Source: Octopus sinensis (taxonomy: Eukaryota). From it: a stretch of DNA of 64,000 nt. Below the pieces are notes generated by a model, which was not told where the DNA came from, did no database searches, and saw only the letters and a list, made by a program, of their open reading frames with translations. The position numbers and the translations under genes were made by a program. Positions 38,787 through 51,433 of this stretch are shown piece by piece; position 1 is the first letter of the stretch; each line of letters opens with the position of its first letter. Location: contig NC_043003.1 in the NCBI RefSeq assembly GCF_006345805.1, forward strand, positions 106,826,001-106,890,000, read 5' to 3'.

Positions 38787-39058
38787 TACCTCATAATTTC
38801 CAAAATAGATAAATAAATTTAAGAATTGAAGAAAGATATGAATTGAAAATAGATTGTAATGTATTTTTAGGGAAAACCTTAAAAATCTATAAGAGTATGT
38901 ATAAAAATTTGGTTTGTCTAAACATAAAAGACAGCAATCTTGTGAAAAAGATATTACTTGATAGACTGAAAGTTCAGAATAATTTATTGCTTAAATTAAT
39001 GTCAGGGTTAGGGTATTGTTGGGGTTAGGGTTAGGGATTTTTCGATTGAATGTATGTA

Positions 39059-39476
39059 TACTCTTTTATTCTTTTACTCTTTTACTTGTTTCAGTCATTT
39101 GACTGCGGCCATGCTGGAGCACCGCCTTTAATCGAGCAAATCGACCCCAGGACTTATTCTTTGTAAGCCCAGTACTTATTCTATCAGTCTCTTTTGCCAA
39201 ACCGCTAAGTGACAGGGACGTAAACACACCAGCATCGGTTGTCAAGCAATGCTAGGGGGACAAACACAGACATACAAACACACACACACATACATATATA
39301 TATACATATATACGACAGGCTTCTTTCAGTTTCCGTCTACCAAATCCACTCACAAGGCATTGGTTGGCCTGGGGCTATAGCAGAAGACACTTGCCCAAGA
39401 TGCCACGCAGTGGGACTGAACCCGGAACCATGTGGTTGGTTAGCAAGCTACTTACCACACAGCCACTCCTGCGCCT
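39059..39476 (-). mobile_element. Young SINE-I with 10-bp TSD
   Basis: ATGTATGTAT at 39050-39059 and 39477-39486. Confidence 0.92.
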
Positions 39477-39639
39477 ATGTATGTATGCGTATCCTGATAA
39501 TATCATTGTGAAACACATAGAAATGGAAACACACATGCACACACTCATATGTACACACATACATTCAAACATGCATACACATACATTCAAACATACACAC
39601 ACACACACACATCATAATTATTAAAATGTAGCACAGGAA

Positions 39640-40020
39640 GTTTACTTGCTTAAGGCAGTCCATCTTGACAGATGATGACGTTGTCTTTGATCCTTAGGGG
39701 TTGTCTTGATGCCGTTGGCTGGCCCTCTCATAGCTGAAAAGGCTGATTCTGGAGGCACATTTCCGATTACACTGAGAGCAGTAAAGAGGGTTCTGATGAA
39801 GATGAGCGCATCTAGGATTTTGCTGATGTTCCTTAAGCTGTCTCCACTTTTCTTCACGAAGTCTAGTCTGCTCATCCTCAAAATGCTGCGTACCAGTTTT
39901 GACCATACCCCTCCAGGTAGTACGGTCTGTGGCCAGTGTTTCAAGTTCACCAGGGGGTGATGTTGCAGAACTTCAGGGATTTCTTGAGAAGATCTTTATA
40001 TCACTTCTTTGGACCTCCAT
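39640..40020 (-). mobile_element. RTE-BovB-like LINE 3' end
   Basis: GGPKK*YKDLLKKSLK, LATDRTTWRGMV, and C-terminal zinc finger CSQCNRKCASRISLFSYER. Confidence 0.85.
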
Positions 40021-40084
40021 GCCAGCTGAGCAATCTGAAGCAATGTGAAATAAAGAGTCTTGCTCAAGGATTCAATGCACTGCT

Positions 40085-41085
40085 GGGTATTTATTTCTTT
40101 ATTGCCAACAAGGGGCTAAATACAGAGGGGACAAGCAAAGGGATTAACTCAATTACATCGACCCCAGTGCGTAACTGGTACTTATTTAATCAATTAAAAA
40201 AAGGATGAAAGCAAAGTCGGCCTCGCCGGAATTTGAACTCAGAACATAGTGGCAGACAAAATACCTATTTCTTTACTACCCACAAGGGGCTAAACAAAGA
40301 GAGGACAAATAAGGACAGACAAATGATAATTCGACCCCAGTGTGTAACTGGTACTTATTTAATTAAGACGGCGAGCTGGCAGAAACGTTAGCATGCCGGG
40401 CAAAATGTTTAGCGTATTTCGTCTGCGTTACGTTGTGAGTTCGAATTCCGCCGAGGTCGACTTTGCCTTTCATCCTTTCGGGGTCGATAAATTAAGTACC
40501 AGTTACGCACTGGGGTCGATGTAATTGACTTAATACCTATGTCTGTCCTTGTTTGACCCCTCTGTATTTAGACCCTTGTGGGTAATAAAGAAATAGGTAC
40601 TTATTTAATCAACCCCGAAAGAATGAAAGGCAAAGTCGACCTCGGCAGAATTTGAACTCAGAACGTAGTGGCAGACGAAATACCGCTCAGCATTTTGCCC
40701 AGCGTGCTACTGATTCTGCCAGCTTGCCGGCAGACGAAATACTGCTAAGCATTTCACCTAGCATGCTAATAATTCTACCAGCTTGCCTGCTGAGTATTGA
40801 AGTCGTGATCTTACGGTTGTAAGCCAAATAACCTGAACACTACACCACATACCTATTTCTTTACTACCCACAAGGGGCTAAACACAGAGAGGACAAACAA
40901 GGACGGACAAACGGATTAAGTTGATTATATCGACCCCAGTCCGTAACTGGTACTTATTTAATCGACCCCGAAAGGATGAAAGGCAAAGTCGACCTTGGCG
41001 GAATTTGAACTCAGAACGTAACGGCAGACGAAATACGGCTACACATTTCGCCCGGCATGCTAACGTTTCTGCCAGCTCGCCGCCT
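40085..41085. mobile_element. Cluster of tandem, nested and antisense SINE-II copies
   Basis: Minus-strand tandem pieces 40087-40363 and 40596-40790; plus copy ~40366-40595 with TSD GGTACTTATTTAAT (40350-40363, 40596-40609); full minus copy 40849-41085. Confidence 0.9.
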
Positions 41086-41229
41086 CCACACCACATACCA
41101 CCCCAGCAAACAATGCCAAAGCAGACATTAGAACTTGGTGCATCCCTCTGGCTTATCTATTCAGGCAGAACTATTCAACCCATGCCAGCACGGAAAAAGG
41201 GACGTTAAATGATGATGACAGTGATGATG

Positions 41230-41400
41230 ATGATGGCATGTATATGTTGAATGAGCAAAAACAAGAAAAGACACAACAAAAGAGAGAGGTTTTAATAAAG
41301 GTGTTATTAATTTAATGCTTAAAAGGAAATGGTTTTTGCTGTTTCGGACATTAGTCCTTCATCAGGAAAATGAATAAGGAGGAAAGGTGGCGGAAAGGAA
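41230..41400 (-). mobile_element. Penelope-like terminal-repeat remnant with hammerhead core
   Basis: Minus strand CTGATGA-A-GGAC-TAAT-GTCC-GAAAC at 41365-41341. Confidence 0.55.
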
Positions 41401-41558
41401 TAAGAAAAATGTTTAGGGGCCAGAAGGAAATGTGATTCGATGGGGAGGAGAGAAAGAGGTGGGGTGTTGTTTGCATGTATAGGAGGGTATCAGTGTGAGG
41501 AGGGGGAGGAATGTGAATTCTGTATAGCAGCATCTGATAGTGTGGTTGATACAATGGT

Positions 41559-41599
<41 letters not shown>

Positions 41600-42915
41600 A
41601 AGAAAGAGAGAGAGTGGTGGTGATGCAGCTAAATGCAATTAAACTCGACACATATATACATACAAACATACATACACATGCATACACACACACACACATA
41701 CACATAGATACATATATCTACACATATTCAGAAAAATAAACACATATATACATATACACACACACTCACACACAAATATATTTACATAGCACATAAAAGA
41801 TGCAGAATTCTTAGAAGAGAATACATAATTTCTTAACTCGACAGCTGTTTCGCTGAAGCTAGGTAATAATCTCATAATTCTTTTAATTTTTTATGTGCTT
41901 CAGCCAGGTGGCTGTGGTCTTGCTGGAGCACTGCTCATAATTTGGAGATGGAATGTGCAAACATCTATAAAATATAATTCACAAGGCATTGGTGAACCCA
42001 AGGCTATAGTAGAAGACACCTGGTCAGTCAAAGTGCCATATACAGGGATCAGATTCAAAACCATGTGGTGATATTGTCAAATCACACAGATTATTATTCA
42101 TGAGGCTGGCTGTGTGGTAAGAAGTTTGCTTCCCAGCCACAAGGTTCCAGGTTCAGAAACCCACAGAATAGCACATTGGGCAAGTGTCTTTTATTATGGC
42201 CTAGGGATGACCAAAAGCTTTGTGAGTAGATTTGAAACTGAAAGAAGCCCGTTGTGTGTGTGTGTGCGCGCACACATGTGTGAGTGCATGTATGTGTGCA
42301 TATGTGCATGCGTGTTGTGTGTGTGTGTGTGTGTGTGTGCATGTGTGTGCGTGTGTGCATGTATGTGTGTGTGTGTTTGTGTCAGTGTTCGCCTCTCACC
42401 ACCACTTGACAACTGGTGTTGGTTTGTTTATGTTCCTGCAACTTAGCAGCTCAGCAAAAGAGACTGATAGAATAAGTACCAGGCTTAGAGAAAGTCCTGG
42501 TGTTGACTAAAAATTCTTCAAGGCGGTGCCCCAGAATGGCCACAGTCTAATGACTGAAACAAGTAAAAGAAATAAAAGATACCAGTCACACAGAGGAACG
42601 GTCGTTTCCCAATGATTGGAATATCAGTATTTCACTAATTTTTCTGAAATTATTATGAAATCAAAAAAGATAATTAGAAAGACAAAAAGGTGATGGATGA
42701 AGTTGTGGGAGAAATAGGAAGTGCAACAGCACCACGACTCTCTCGTTATGAAGAGAATTAACTCAGAGAAAAAGCAGAGAAGCCTGGAGCCAGGACAGTC
42801 CACCGCTGTTGCATTCTTCCTTGCAAGACAAACTACAGAAGCTCTGAACAAAGAACTTGTGGTTGTATCTCATGTTTGCTGAGCACAAGAAGGCCTTTTA
42901 TATTGGATGAGACAA

Positions 42916-43152
42916 TAGGAAGGTGGCGAGCTGGCAGAAACGTTAGCACGCCGGGCGAAATGCGTAGCCGTATTTCGTCTGTCGTTACGTTCTGAGTTCA
43001 AATTCTGCCGAGGTCGACTTTGCCTTTCATCCTTTCGGGGTCGATAAATTAAGTACCAGTTATGCACTGGGGTCGATGTAATCGACTTAATCCCTCTGTC
43101 TATCCTTGTTTGTCCCCTCTGTGTTTAGCCCCTTGTGGGTAATAAAGAAATA
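42916..43152 (+). mobile_element. Full-length SINE-II with 17-bp TSD
   Basis: TATATTGGATGAGACAA at 42899-42915 and 43153-43169. Confidence 0.95.
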
Positions 43153-43467
43153 TATATTGGATGAGACAAAAGAATGGAACTGCCTGGATGTTGGTGATTT
43201 TGTATGGTTCACTGGAGATTCAGGCTCTTTTTGCAGACTTGTTTTGCAACAGAACATTTTGGCACCGGGGGCAAGCACGTGCATGCTTACACACACACAC
43301 ATGCTTGTGTACACAGAAATATACACATGTACAAAGAAAGTGTGAGAGAGAGGGAAAGGAGAGAGGGGGAGAGAGCCATTATAATCCCTCAACTGAATAC
43401 AATTGATAAAAACACTCTTCATATACATAAAGAGAAACATTCTCACAAACATACATACATGGATGGC

Positions 43468-43501
<34 letters not shown>

Positions 43502-43604
43502 AGAAATAGAGAAATGAGAGAGAGAGAAAGAATGAGAGAATAATTAAAACAACCAAAGTCAAATAAGTCAGCATCGAATCAGCAACACTAAATAGGCAGC
43601 ACCA

Positions 43605-43967
43605 AAACAATAGTGGTGACGGTGGTGGTGGCGGCGGCGGTGGTGGTGGTGGTGGTGGTGGTGGTGGTGGTGATGGTGGTGGTTGTGATGGTTGTGGTGG
43701 TGGTGGTGGCGGTGATGGTGGTGGTGGTGACGGTGATGGTGGTGGTGGTGGTGGTGATGGTGGTGGTTGTGATGGTGGTGGTGGTGGTGGCAGTGGTGGC
43801 GGTGATGGTGGTGGGGGTGGGGTGGCGATGGTGGCGGTGGTGATGGTGGGGGTGGTGGTGGTGATGGTGGCGGTGATGGTGGTGGGGTGGGGTTGTAGCG
43901 ATGGTGGTGGTGGCGGTGGTGGTGGTGATGGTGGTGGTGGTGATAGTCTACGAGGATGATATTGAGA

Positions 43968-44000
<33 letters not shown>
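43605..44000. repeat. (GGT)n/(GAT)n microsatellite
   Basis: Direct reading; source of the poly-His/Val ORFs. Confidence 0.95.
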
Positions 44001-44235
44001 GTGATTTGTGACGTAATATCTCTCATAAACTTATTGTCAAACATTACAATACTCAATGCTTAATTCCAGATATGATATGAAAATATCGGTTGATATTCTT
44101 TTGTCCACAGCTTCCAAGCTTCCATTATCACACACAAGCAATTAATTGATTCATATGCTGTATATTATGTATTACACACACACATGTATATGTATGTATA
44201 TGCATATGTGTGTGTAAAGATATATACGTATGTAT

Positions 44236-44276
<41 letters not shown>

Positions 44277-44279
<3 letters not shown>

Positions 44280-45600
44280 CATCATCATCATCATCGTCGT
44301 TTAACGTCCGTTCTCCATGCTAGCATGGGTTGGACGGTTCGACCGGGGTTCTGGGAAGCCAGAAGGCTGCACCAGGCTCCAGTCTAATCTGGCAATGTTT
44401 CTACAGCTGGATGCCCTTCCTAACGCCAACCACTCCGTGAGTGTAGTGGTGTGCTTTTTACGTGCCACCTGCACAGGTGCCAGGCGGGGCTGGCAACGGC
44501 CACGGTCAGATTGGTGTATTTTATGTGCCATCGGCACGGAAGCCAGTCGAGGCGATGCTGGCATCGGCCACGAGTCGGATAGTGCATGGGTGCCTGTCGT
44601 ACGGTCGCATTGGAGTATTTTACGTGCCACGGCCACGAGTCGGATAGTGCTTTTTACGTACCACCAGACCAGGGATCCTGGCTGGTTCAATTCGATTTCG
44701 CTTGCCCCAACATGTCTTCACAAGCAAAGGGGGTTGGCATGGGTGCCTGTCGTACGGTCGCATTGGAGTATTTTACGTGCCACGGCCACGAGTCGGATAG
44801 TGCTTTTTACGTTACCACCAGGCCAGGGATCCTGGCTGGTTCAATTCGGTTTCGATTTCGATTTCGCTTGCCCCAACATGTCTTCGCAAGCATGGGGGGT
44901 TGGCATGGGTGTCTGTCGTCGGATGAGGTTCTATATCGACTTCGCTTGCCTCAACCGGTCTTTGTGTCCAAGGGAGGAAAGGCATTCATAAGTGGGCTGG
45001 GCTCACTTGTCCTGCCTGGTCTTCTCACGTACAGAATATTTCCAAAGGTCTCGGTCTCTGGTCATTTCCTCAGTGAGGCCTAAAGTTCGAAGGTCGGGCT
45101 TCACCACCTCGTCCCAGGTTTTCCTGGGTCTACCTCTTCCACGGGTTCCCTCAACTGCTAGGGATTGGCACTTTCTCACACACCTATCTTCATCCATTCT
45201 TGCCACATGACCATACCAGCGCAATCGTCTCTCTTGCACACCACAACTGATGCTTCTTAGGTACAACATTTCTCTCAAGGTGCTAACGCTCTGTCGAGTA
45301 TGTACACTGACATTACACATCCATCGGAGCATACTGGCTTCATTCCTCACGAGCTTACGCATGTCCTCAGCAGTCACGGCCATGTTTCGCTGCCATGTAG
45401 CATGGCTGTTCGCACACACGCATCATACAGTCTGCCTTTACTCTGAGCGAGAGGCCTTTAGTCACCAGCAGAGGTAAGAGCTCCCTAAACTTTGCCCAGG
45501 CTATTCTTATTCTAGCAGTTACACTTTCAGCGCACCCACCCCACTACTGACTTGGTCACCATAGATAACGGAAGCTATCAACTACTTCTAGTTTTTCCCC
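44277..45600 (-). mobile_element. Young 5'-truncated RTE LINE
   Basis: GEKLEVVDSFRY...TARIRIAWAKFRELLPLL...LRWYGHVARM...GRGRPRKTWDEVV; CpG-rich 3'UTR; (GAT)n tail. Confidence 0.93.
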
Positions 45601-45797
45601 CTGGTAAGTGACGGAAGTTGTTTTCTAAATAAATATATATATTATATATATATATATTATGTATAAACGTATATATGTGTATGTGTGTGTATGTGTATGT
45701 ATACATATATATGTATGTATCTGTGTGTGTATGTATATGTATGTATGTGTGTGTGTATGTGTGTGTATGTGTGTGTACATGTCTGTGTGCATGTATG

Positions 45798-45830
<33 letters not shown>

Positions 45831-46229
45831 ATGTATCAGACCTATTCTATGCTACTACTAATAACAAACATCTCTTCAGTTATATCTATGCCAAGTGATG
45901 TGACACTCACATCAAAACACACAGCTGAGACTCTCATAAATCCCATTATAATGATACATTTCTATGCTTTACAGTGTGTTGCATAATTTTCTCTCACGCT
46001 TATTGACAAATGTGTATTCCCTTATGACTAATTACAGACGTGGTGTGTGTGTGTGTGTGTGCATGTGTGTGTATATAGGCATAGGAATGACTGTGTGGTA
46101 AGTAGCTTGCATATCAACCACATGGTTCCAGGTTCAGTCCCACTGCTTGGCACCTTGGGCAAGTGTCTTCTACTATAGCCTTGGACCAACCAAAGTCTTG
46201 TGAGTGGGAACTGAAAGAAGCCCATCCTA

Positions 46230-46259
<30 letters not shown>

Positions 46260-46261
<2 letters not shown>

Positions 46262-46452
46262 GTTAATCCAAACATGAAAGCACAAAAAACACAACAACGC
46301 GAGGACGTGGAACAAATATAGTATTATTGGACGCTCAGGAAAGAAGGAGGTTTTAACGTTATGAGAGGAGCTCTTCGTCAGAAACATAGGAGAAGGAAAG
46401 ATCCAGAGAAGGGAAGACAGAGGAAAAAAATCGGCAACGGTACACACGCGGT

Positions 46453-46455
<3 letters not shown>
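46260..46455 (-). mobile_element. ~200-bp Penelope-like terminal repeat with decayed hammerhead core, copy 1
   Basis: Homologous to 50045-50250; minus strand CTGACGA-A-GAGCTCCTCTC-ATAAC-GTTAAA (GAAAC mutated). Confidence 0.6.
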
Positions 46456-46494
<39 letters not shown>

Positions 46495-46968
46495 AGCATG
46501 TGTGTGTATATGTTTGTGTGTCTGTGTTTGACCCCCACCAACATACATCGCTTGACAACTGTTGGTGGTGTGTTTACATCCCTGTAACTTAGCTGTTCGG
46601 CAAAAGAGACCAATAGAATAAGTACTAGGCTTTCAAAGAATAAGTCCTGGGTTCGATTTGTTTGACTAAAGGCAGTGCTCCACCATGGCCACAGTCAAAT
46701 GACTGAAACAAGTAAAAGAGTAAAAAGTGCGTATATGTATGTGTGTGTCTTCTTATACTTTTTTACTTGTTGCAGTCATTTGACCGTAGCCATGCTGGAG
46801 CACTGCTTTGAATGGTTTTAGTCAAACAAATCAACTCCAGGATTTGTTTCTTAAAGCCTAGTACTTACTGTATTGGTCCCTTTTGCCAAAGCGCTAAGTT
46901 ACGGGGACGTAAACACACCAACACTGGTGTCAAGAGGTGATGGGTGGACAAACACAGACACACACACA

Positions 46969-47053
<85 letters not shown>

Positions 47054-47089
47054 CGAGTATGTATGTAATGTATGTAATCATCATCTTTT

Positions 47090-47540
47090 AACGTCCGTTT
47101 TCCATGCTGGCATGGGTTGGACAGTTTGACTGGGGGGCTTGTAGGCCAGGAGGCCACACCAGGCTCCTATCTTATCTGGCAATATTTCTACAGCTGGATG
47201 CCCTTCCTAATGCCAACCTCTCTGAGAGTGTAGTGGTTGCTTTTTACATGCCACCACCATGGGAGCCAGTCAGACGGCACTGGCACCAGCTAGATTTGGA
47301 CGGTGCTTTTTATGGGCTACTGGCACAGGAACCAGTTGGGGTTGGGGCGTTTCACATGTTACTGGCACCGGGAGCCAATCAGGTGGCACTGACAACAACC
47401 CATGCATGAATGGTGCTTATTGCGTGCCAGCAGCTCAAGAGCCGGGCAGACAGCACAGGCATCGGCCACATTCGGACGGTGCTTTTTATGTGCTACAGCC
47501 ACAGGAGCCAGATGGGGCTGGAGGTGCTGGTATTGATCAC
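47090..47540 (-). mobile_element. Older RTE 3'UTR fragment
   Basis: Homology to the RTE terminus and 60-bp units. Confidence 0.75.
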
Positions 47541-47844
47541 ATTATATATACGATGAGCTTCTTTCAGTTTCCATCTATCAAATCTACTACTTTCAAGGTT
47601 CTGTTAGCTTTGAAACATATGTGGCCTGGATTCAACCTCCTCCATCCCCTAAATTTGGGTTTTTATTCATATACACAGCAACCACAGTTGCTAACCGTGA
47701 GCTATGAAATAATATTTTCAGCTTATCAAGCTTCGATACAGAGACCATTATTGTTCCTAAAAGTAGTTTTTGTATACCTTCTATGGACTGCTTGAAACCT
47801 ACTAACTTCCTATGCCTTGATCCTTGGATCTTATCTTTACATAA

Positions 47845-47890
<46 letters not shown>

Positions 47891-47891
<1 letters not shown>

Positions 47892-48312
47892 ACTCTTTAC
47901 TCTCTCTCTTTTAACTCTTTTACTTGTTTCAGTCATTTGACTGCGGCCATGCTGGAGCACCGCCTTTAGTCGAGCAAATCGACACCGGGACTTATTCTTT
48001 GTAAGCCCAGTACTTATTCTATCAGTCTCTTTTTGCCGAACCGCTAAGTGACGGGGACGTAAACACACCAGCATCGGTTGTCAAGCAATGCTAGGGGGAC
48101 AAACACGGACACACAAACACACACATACATATATATATATATACATATATACGACGGGCTTCTTTCAGTTTCCGTCTACCTAATCCACTCACAAGGCATT
48201 GGTCGGCCCGGGGCTATAGCAGAAGACACTTGCCCAAGATGCCATGCAATGGGACTGAACCCGGAACCATGTGGTTGGTAAACAAGCTACTTACCACACA
48301 GCCACTCCTGCG

Positions 48313-48315
<3 letters not shown>
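47891..48315 (-). mobile_element. Young SINE-I inserted in (TA)n
   Basis: Homology to other copies; TA tracts on both sides. Confidence 0.92.
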
Positions 48316-48359
<44 letters not shown>

Positions 48360-48949
48360 AGTGTGTGTGTGTATGTATGTATGAATGTATCATCATTTAA
48401 CATCCATTTTCATGCTGGCATGGGTTGGACAGTTTGACAGAAGCTGACCAGTTGAAAAGCTGTCTGGGCTCTATGTCTGTTTGGCATGGTTTCTATGACT
48501 GGATGCCCTTCCTAATGGTAGATGGAAACTGAAAGAAGCTCATCGTATATGTGTCTGTCACTGTGTGTGGTGTGTGTGTGTGTGTGCGCGCATGTGTGTG
48601 CATGTGTGTCTTGCCATCACCATTTGACAACCAGTGGTGGTGTGTTTTATATCCCTGTAACTTAGCAGTTCAGCAAAAGGGAACAATAGAATAAGGACTT
48701 AGGTTTAAAAAAACAAGTCCTGGGATTGATTTGTACAACTAAAACCATTCAAGGCAGTGCTCCAGCATGGCCACAGTCAAATGACTGAAACACTTTAAAG
48801 AGTGTACTGGGGGCGCTTTTACGCAGCACAGCATGGGTGCTTTTTATGTGGCACCAGCCCCCATGAGCTCGCAGGATTAGGATTGCTCATCTGAAGAGGG
48901 ATGCAGGGGACATGCCTGGATGCAAGCACAACCACGATTTCGTTTAGTT

Positions 48950-49220
48950 TGATATATTTTCTTGACCACCAGAAATCTTGGTCCCTTCTAATCCCCTCTG
49001 TGGAGCCCAACATCTGAAAATTCTTTCTTATCCAACATCTTCCTGGATATACATACTCCTTCCACATGTCCCCACCACAATTAGGGATCAGCACTCCTTG
49101 AAGCAGCTATCTTCATTCATGTGCATCACATGACAGTCCCGTTGCAGTCTTCTCTCTTTGCACATCTGATGCCTCATATAACCAGTTTTATTCTCAAAGC
49201 ACTTACGCTCTGTCCTATAT
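48950..49220 (-). mobile_element. Old RTE ORF C-terminal fragment
   Basis: Antisense of ERRLQR.CHVMHMNEDSC, homologous to 2540-2740. Confidence 0.7.
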
Positions 49221-49383
49221 ACACATATATATTAGTTTCCATCTACCAAATTCACCCCCAAGGCTTTGGCCGGCCTGAGGCTATAGTAAAAGACACTTGT
49301 CTAAGATGCCACTCAGTGGGACTGAACCCAGAACCATGTGGTTGGGAAGCAAGCTTCTTACCACACAGCCACTCCTGTGCCTA

Positions 49384-49430
<47 letters not shown>

Positions 49431-49624
49431 ATATTTATATTTATAAGGTGATTTAAATAGGACTGTTATTTTCAGCAGGTAGATATACTTTGTATGTCCT
49501 TTGATTAATTTTAATCTTTCAGCTATTTAATGCTTTTTTTTGGGGGGGGGGGCAGCAATCGCCTATGTTATTGATTCTGTTATTATCATTTTTTAAAATA
49601 GTCATACCAGATAATATCAAAATT

Positions 49625-49955
49625 AATAATGGCCTCTGTGCCGGTGGCACGTAAAAAGCACCATCCGATCGTGGCCGTTGCCAGCCTTGCCTGGCACCTG
49701 TGCGGGTGGAACCTAAAAAGCACCATCCGTTCATGGCCGTTTGCCAGCCCCGTCTGGCACCTGTGCGGGTGGCACGTAAAAAGAACCCACTACACTCATG
49801 GAGTGGTTGGTGTTAGGAAGGGCATCTAGCCATAGAAACACTGCCAGATCAGACTGGGCCTGATGCAGCCTTCTGGCTTCCCAGACCCCAGTTGAAACGT
49901 CCAATCCATGCTAGCATGGAGAACGGATGCTAAATGATGATGATGATGATGATTA
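49625..49955 (+). mobile_element. RTE 3'UTR fragment with shorter tandem units
   Basis: GTGGCACGTAAAAAGCACC units, terminal segment and (GAT)n tail. Confidence 0.85.
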
Positions 49956-50003
49956 GCAAATTAATTTTTCAGGAATTATTTTCTCTCATGAATTGTTTAC
50001 CCT

Positions 50004-50044
<41 letters not shown>

Positions 50045-50049
<5 letters not shown>

Positions 50050-50250
50050 TAATACAAACATGAACAAAGAGAAAAACAAACAACGCGAGGATGTAGAACA
50101 AGTCTAGTGTTATTGGACGCTCATGAAAGGAAAGAAAGAAGGAGGATTTAATGTTTCGAGTGGAGCTCTTCATCAGGAACATAGAAAAAGGAAAGGTCCA
50201 ACGAAGGGAAGACGGAGGGAAAAAAATCGCCAACGATACACATGCGGTCA
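50045..50250 (-). mobile_element. ~200-bp Penelope-like terminal repeat with hammerhead core, copy 2
   Basis: Minus strand CTGATGA-A-GAG-CTCCA-CTC-GAAAC-ATTAAA (50176-50147). Confidence 0.6.
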
Positions 50251-50285
50251 CATATTGAAATGACCGGAAGGGAATGGGTGAAGGA

Positions 50286-50317
<32 letters not shown>

Positions 50318-50609
50318 GACGTGAATTTACTACCCAGGTTTTGGTTAAACGAATTTTCCATGCTGACGATAAACATAGGATAATTCATTCCCCTACTTAA
50401 TATATATATATATATATATATAATATATATATATGCTGTGTGTGTGAGTGTATATGTGTGTGTGTGTGTGGATAGATAGATAGATAGGTAGGTAGACTGA
50501 TAGATCACTTTGATTTTGTCTTGGACAAACAAAACCGCTAATTAAGAATTATCCAAAATTCTGACTGCCTCCTTTTTCACAGTCTACAATATCTGTACAC
50601 CAAACACTC

Positions 50610-50642
<33 letters not shown>

Positions 50643-50704
50643 TTATTCATATTTTTTTGCTTTGTATCCCCTAATATTCCTCGTACAAGTCTGTTTGGTG
50701 TCAG

Positions 50705-50728
50705 ATTCCGGATAGTGTCAAAGCGACG
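50705..50728 (+). CDS. Candidate 24-nt microexon (IPDSVKAT in phase 0) of an unidentified host gene
   Basis: Branch-like CTAAT 50671-50675, acceptor CAG 50702-50704, donor ACG|GTGAGT 50729-50734; length is a multiple of 3; repeat-free flanks with TGCATG at 50886. No partner exons identified. Confidence 0.35.
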
Positions 50729-51394
50729 GTGAGTGTTAAAACTGGATGGACAAGTGTTAAAATTAGATTTGAAGTTGACTCAGCACAGCCACGCATGACT
50801 GGTTCTTTACAACTGGAAGCAATGTAATGATGTAAACGATACATTGATGCTACATTCAGACAAAAGTCTCAATGGAATGTGGGACTGCATGTGGAAGGGA
50901 GTCATTGCTTCCGTTTTTGGTTCATTGTTTAGTTTTAAATGATTCTATATCTTAATTGGTTACATTGAAAAAGCTTTGAAGAAAACACAATTAAGCATGT
51001 GATTTCAAGTATTTATGTCTGGGTGTGTGTATGTGAGTGTAGTCTGTGTGTGTGTGTAGGAGTAACTGTGTGTGTGGGCGTGAAATCATGAGTGCGTTTG
51101 TGGGATGAAAAGGAAGAAGTTTTCGTTTGACACCTGATGACTTACATAGAATAATTGTTTTGAATTTTGGCAAGTGAGAAATTGATTACCTTGACCCCAA
51201 AACAATGAAAGACAAAGTTGACCTGAGTGGGATCTGAACTCAGAATATAAAGAATTGGACAAAATACTTTGCAGCATTTTGTCCTGCAAGCTAACAATTC
51301 TGCCAGCTTACCACATTACTTACATTGAATAATGCCAAATATCAATGAGAGTCAATACTTTCCTACACAATTTATATTTCTTTTAGTCGTTTTA

Positions 51395-51430
<36 letters not shown>

Positions 51431-51433
<3 letters not shown>

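Noticed and set aside
40790-40850. tRNA-like sequence on minus strand (and other SINE heads)
   Set aside because: No complete cloverleaf or acceptor stem; consistent with a SINE-head remnant.
42620-43260. Coding-looking sequence around a SINE-II insertion
   Set aside because: Multiple stops, no recognisable motif or splice sites; probably an old unidentified TE.
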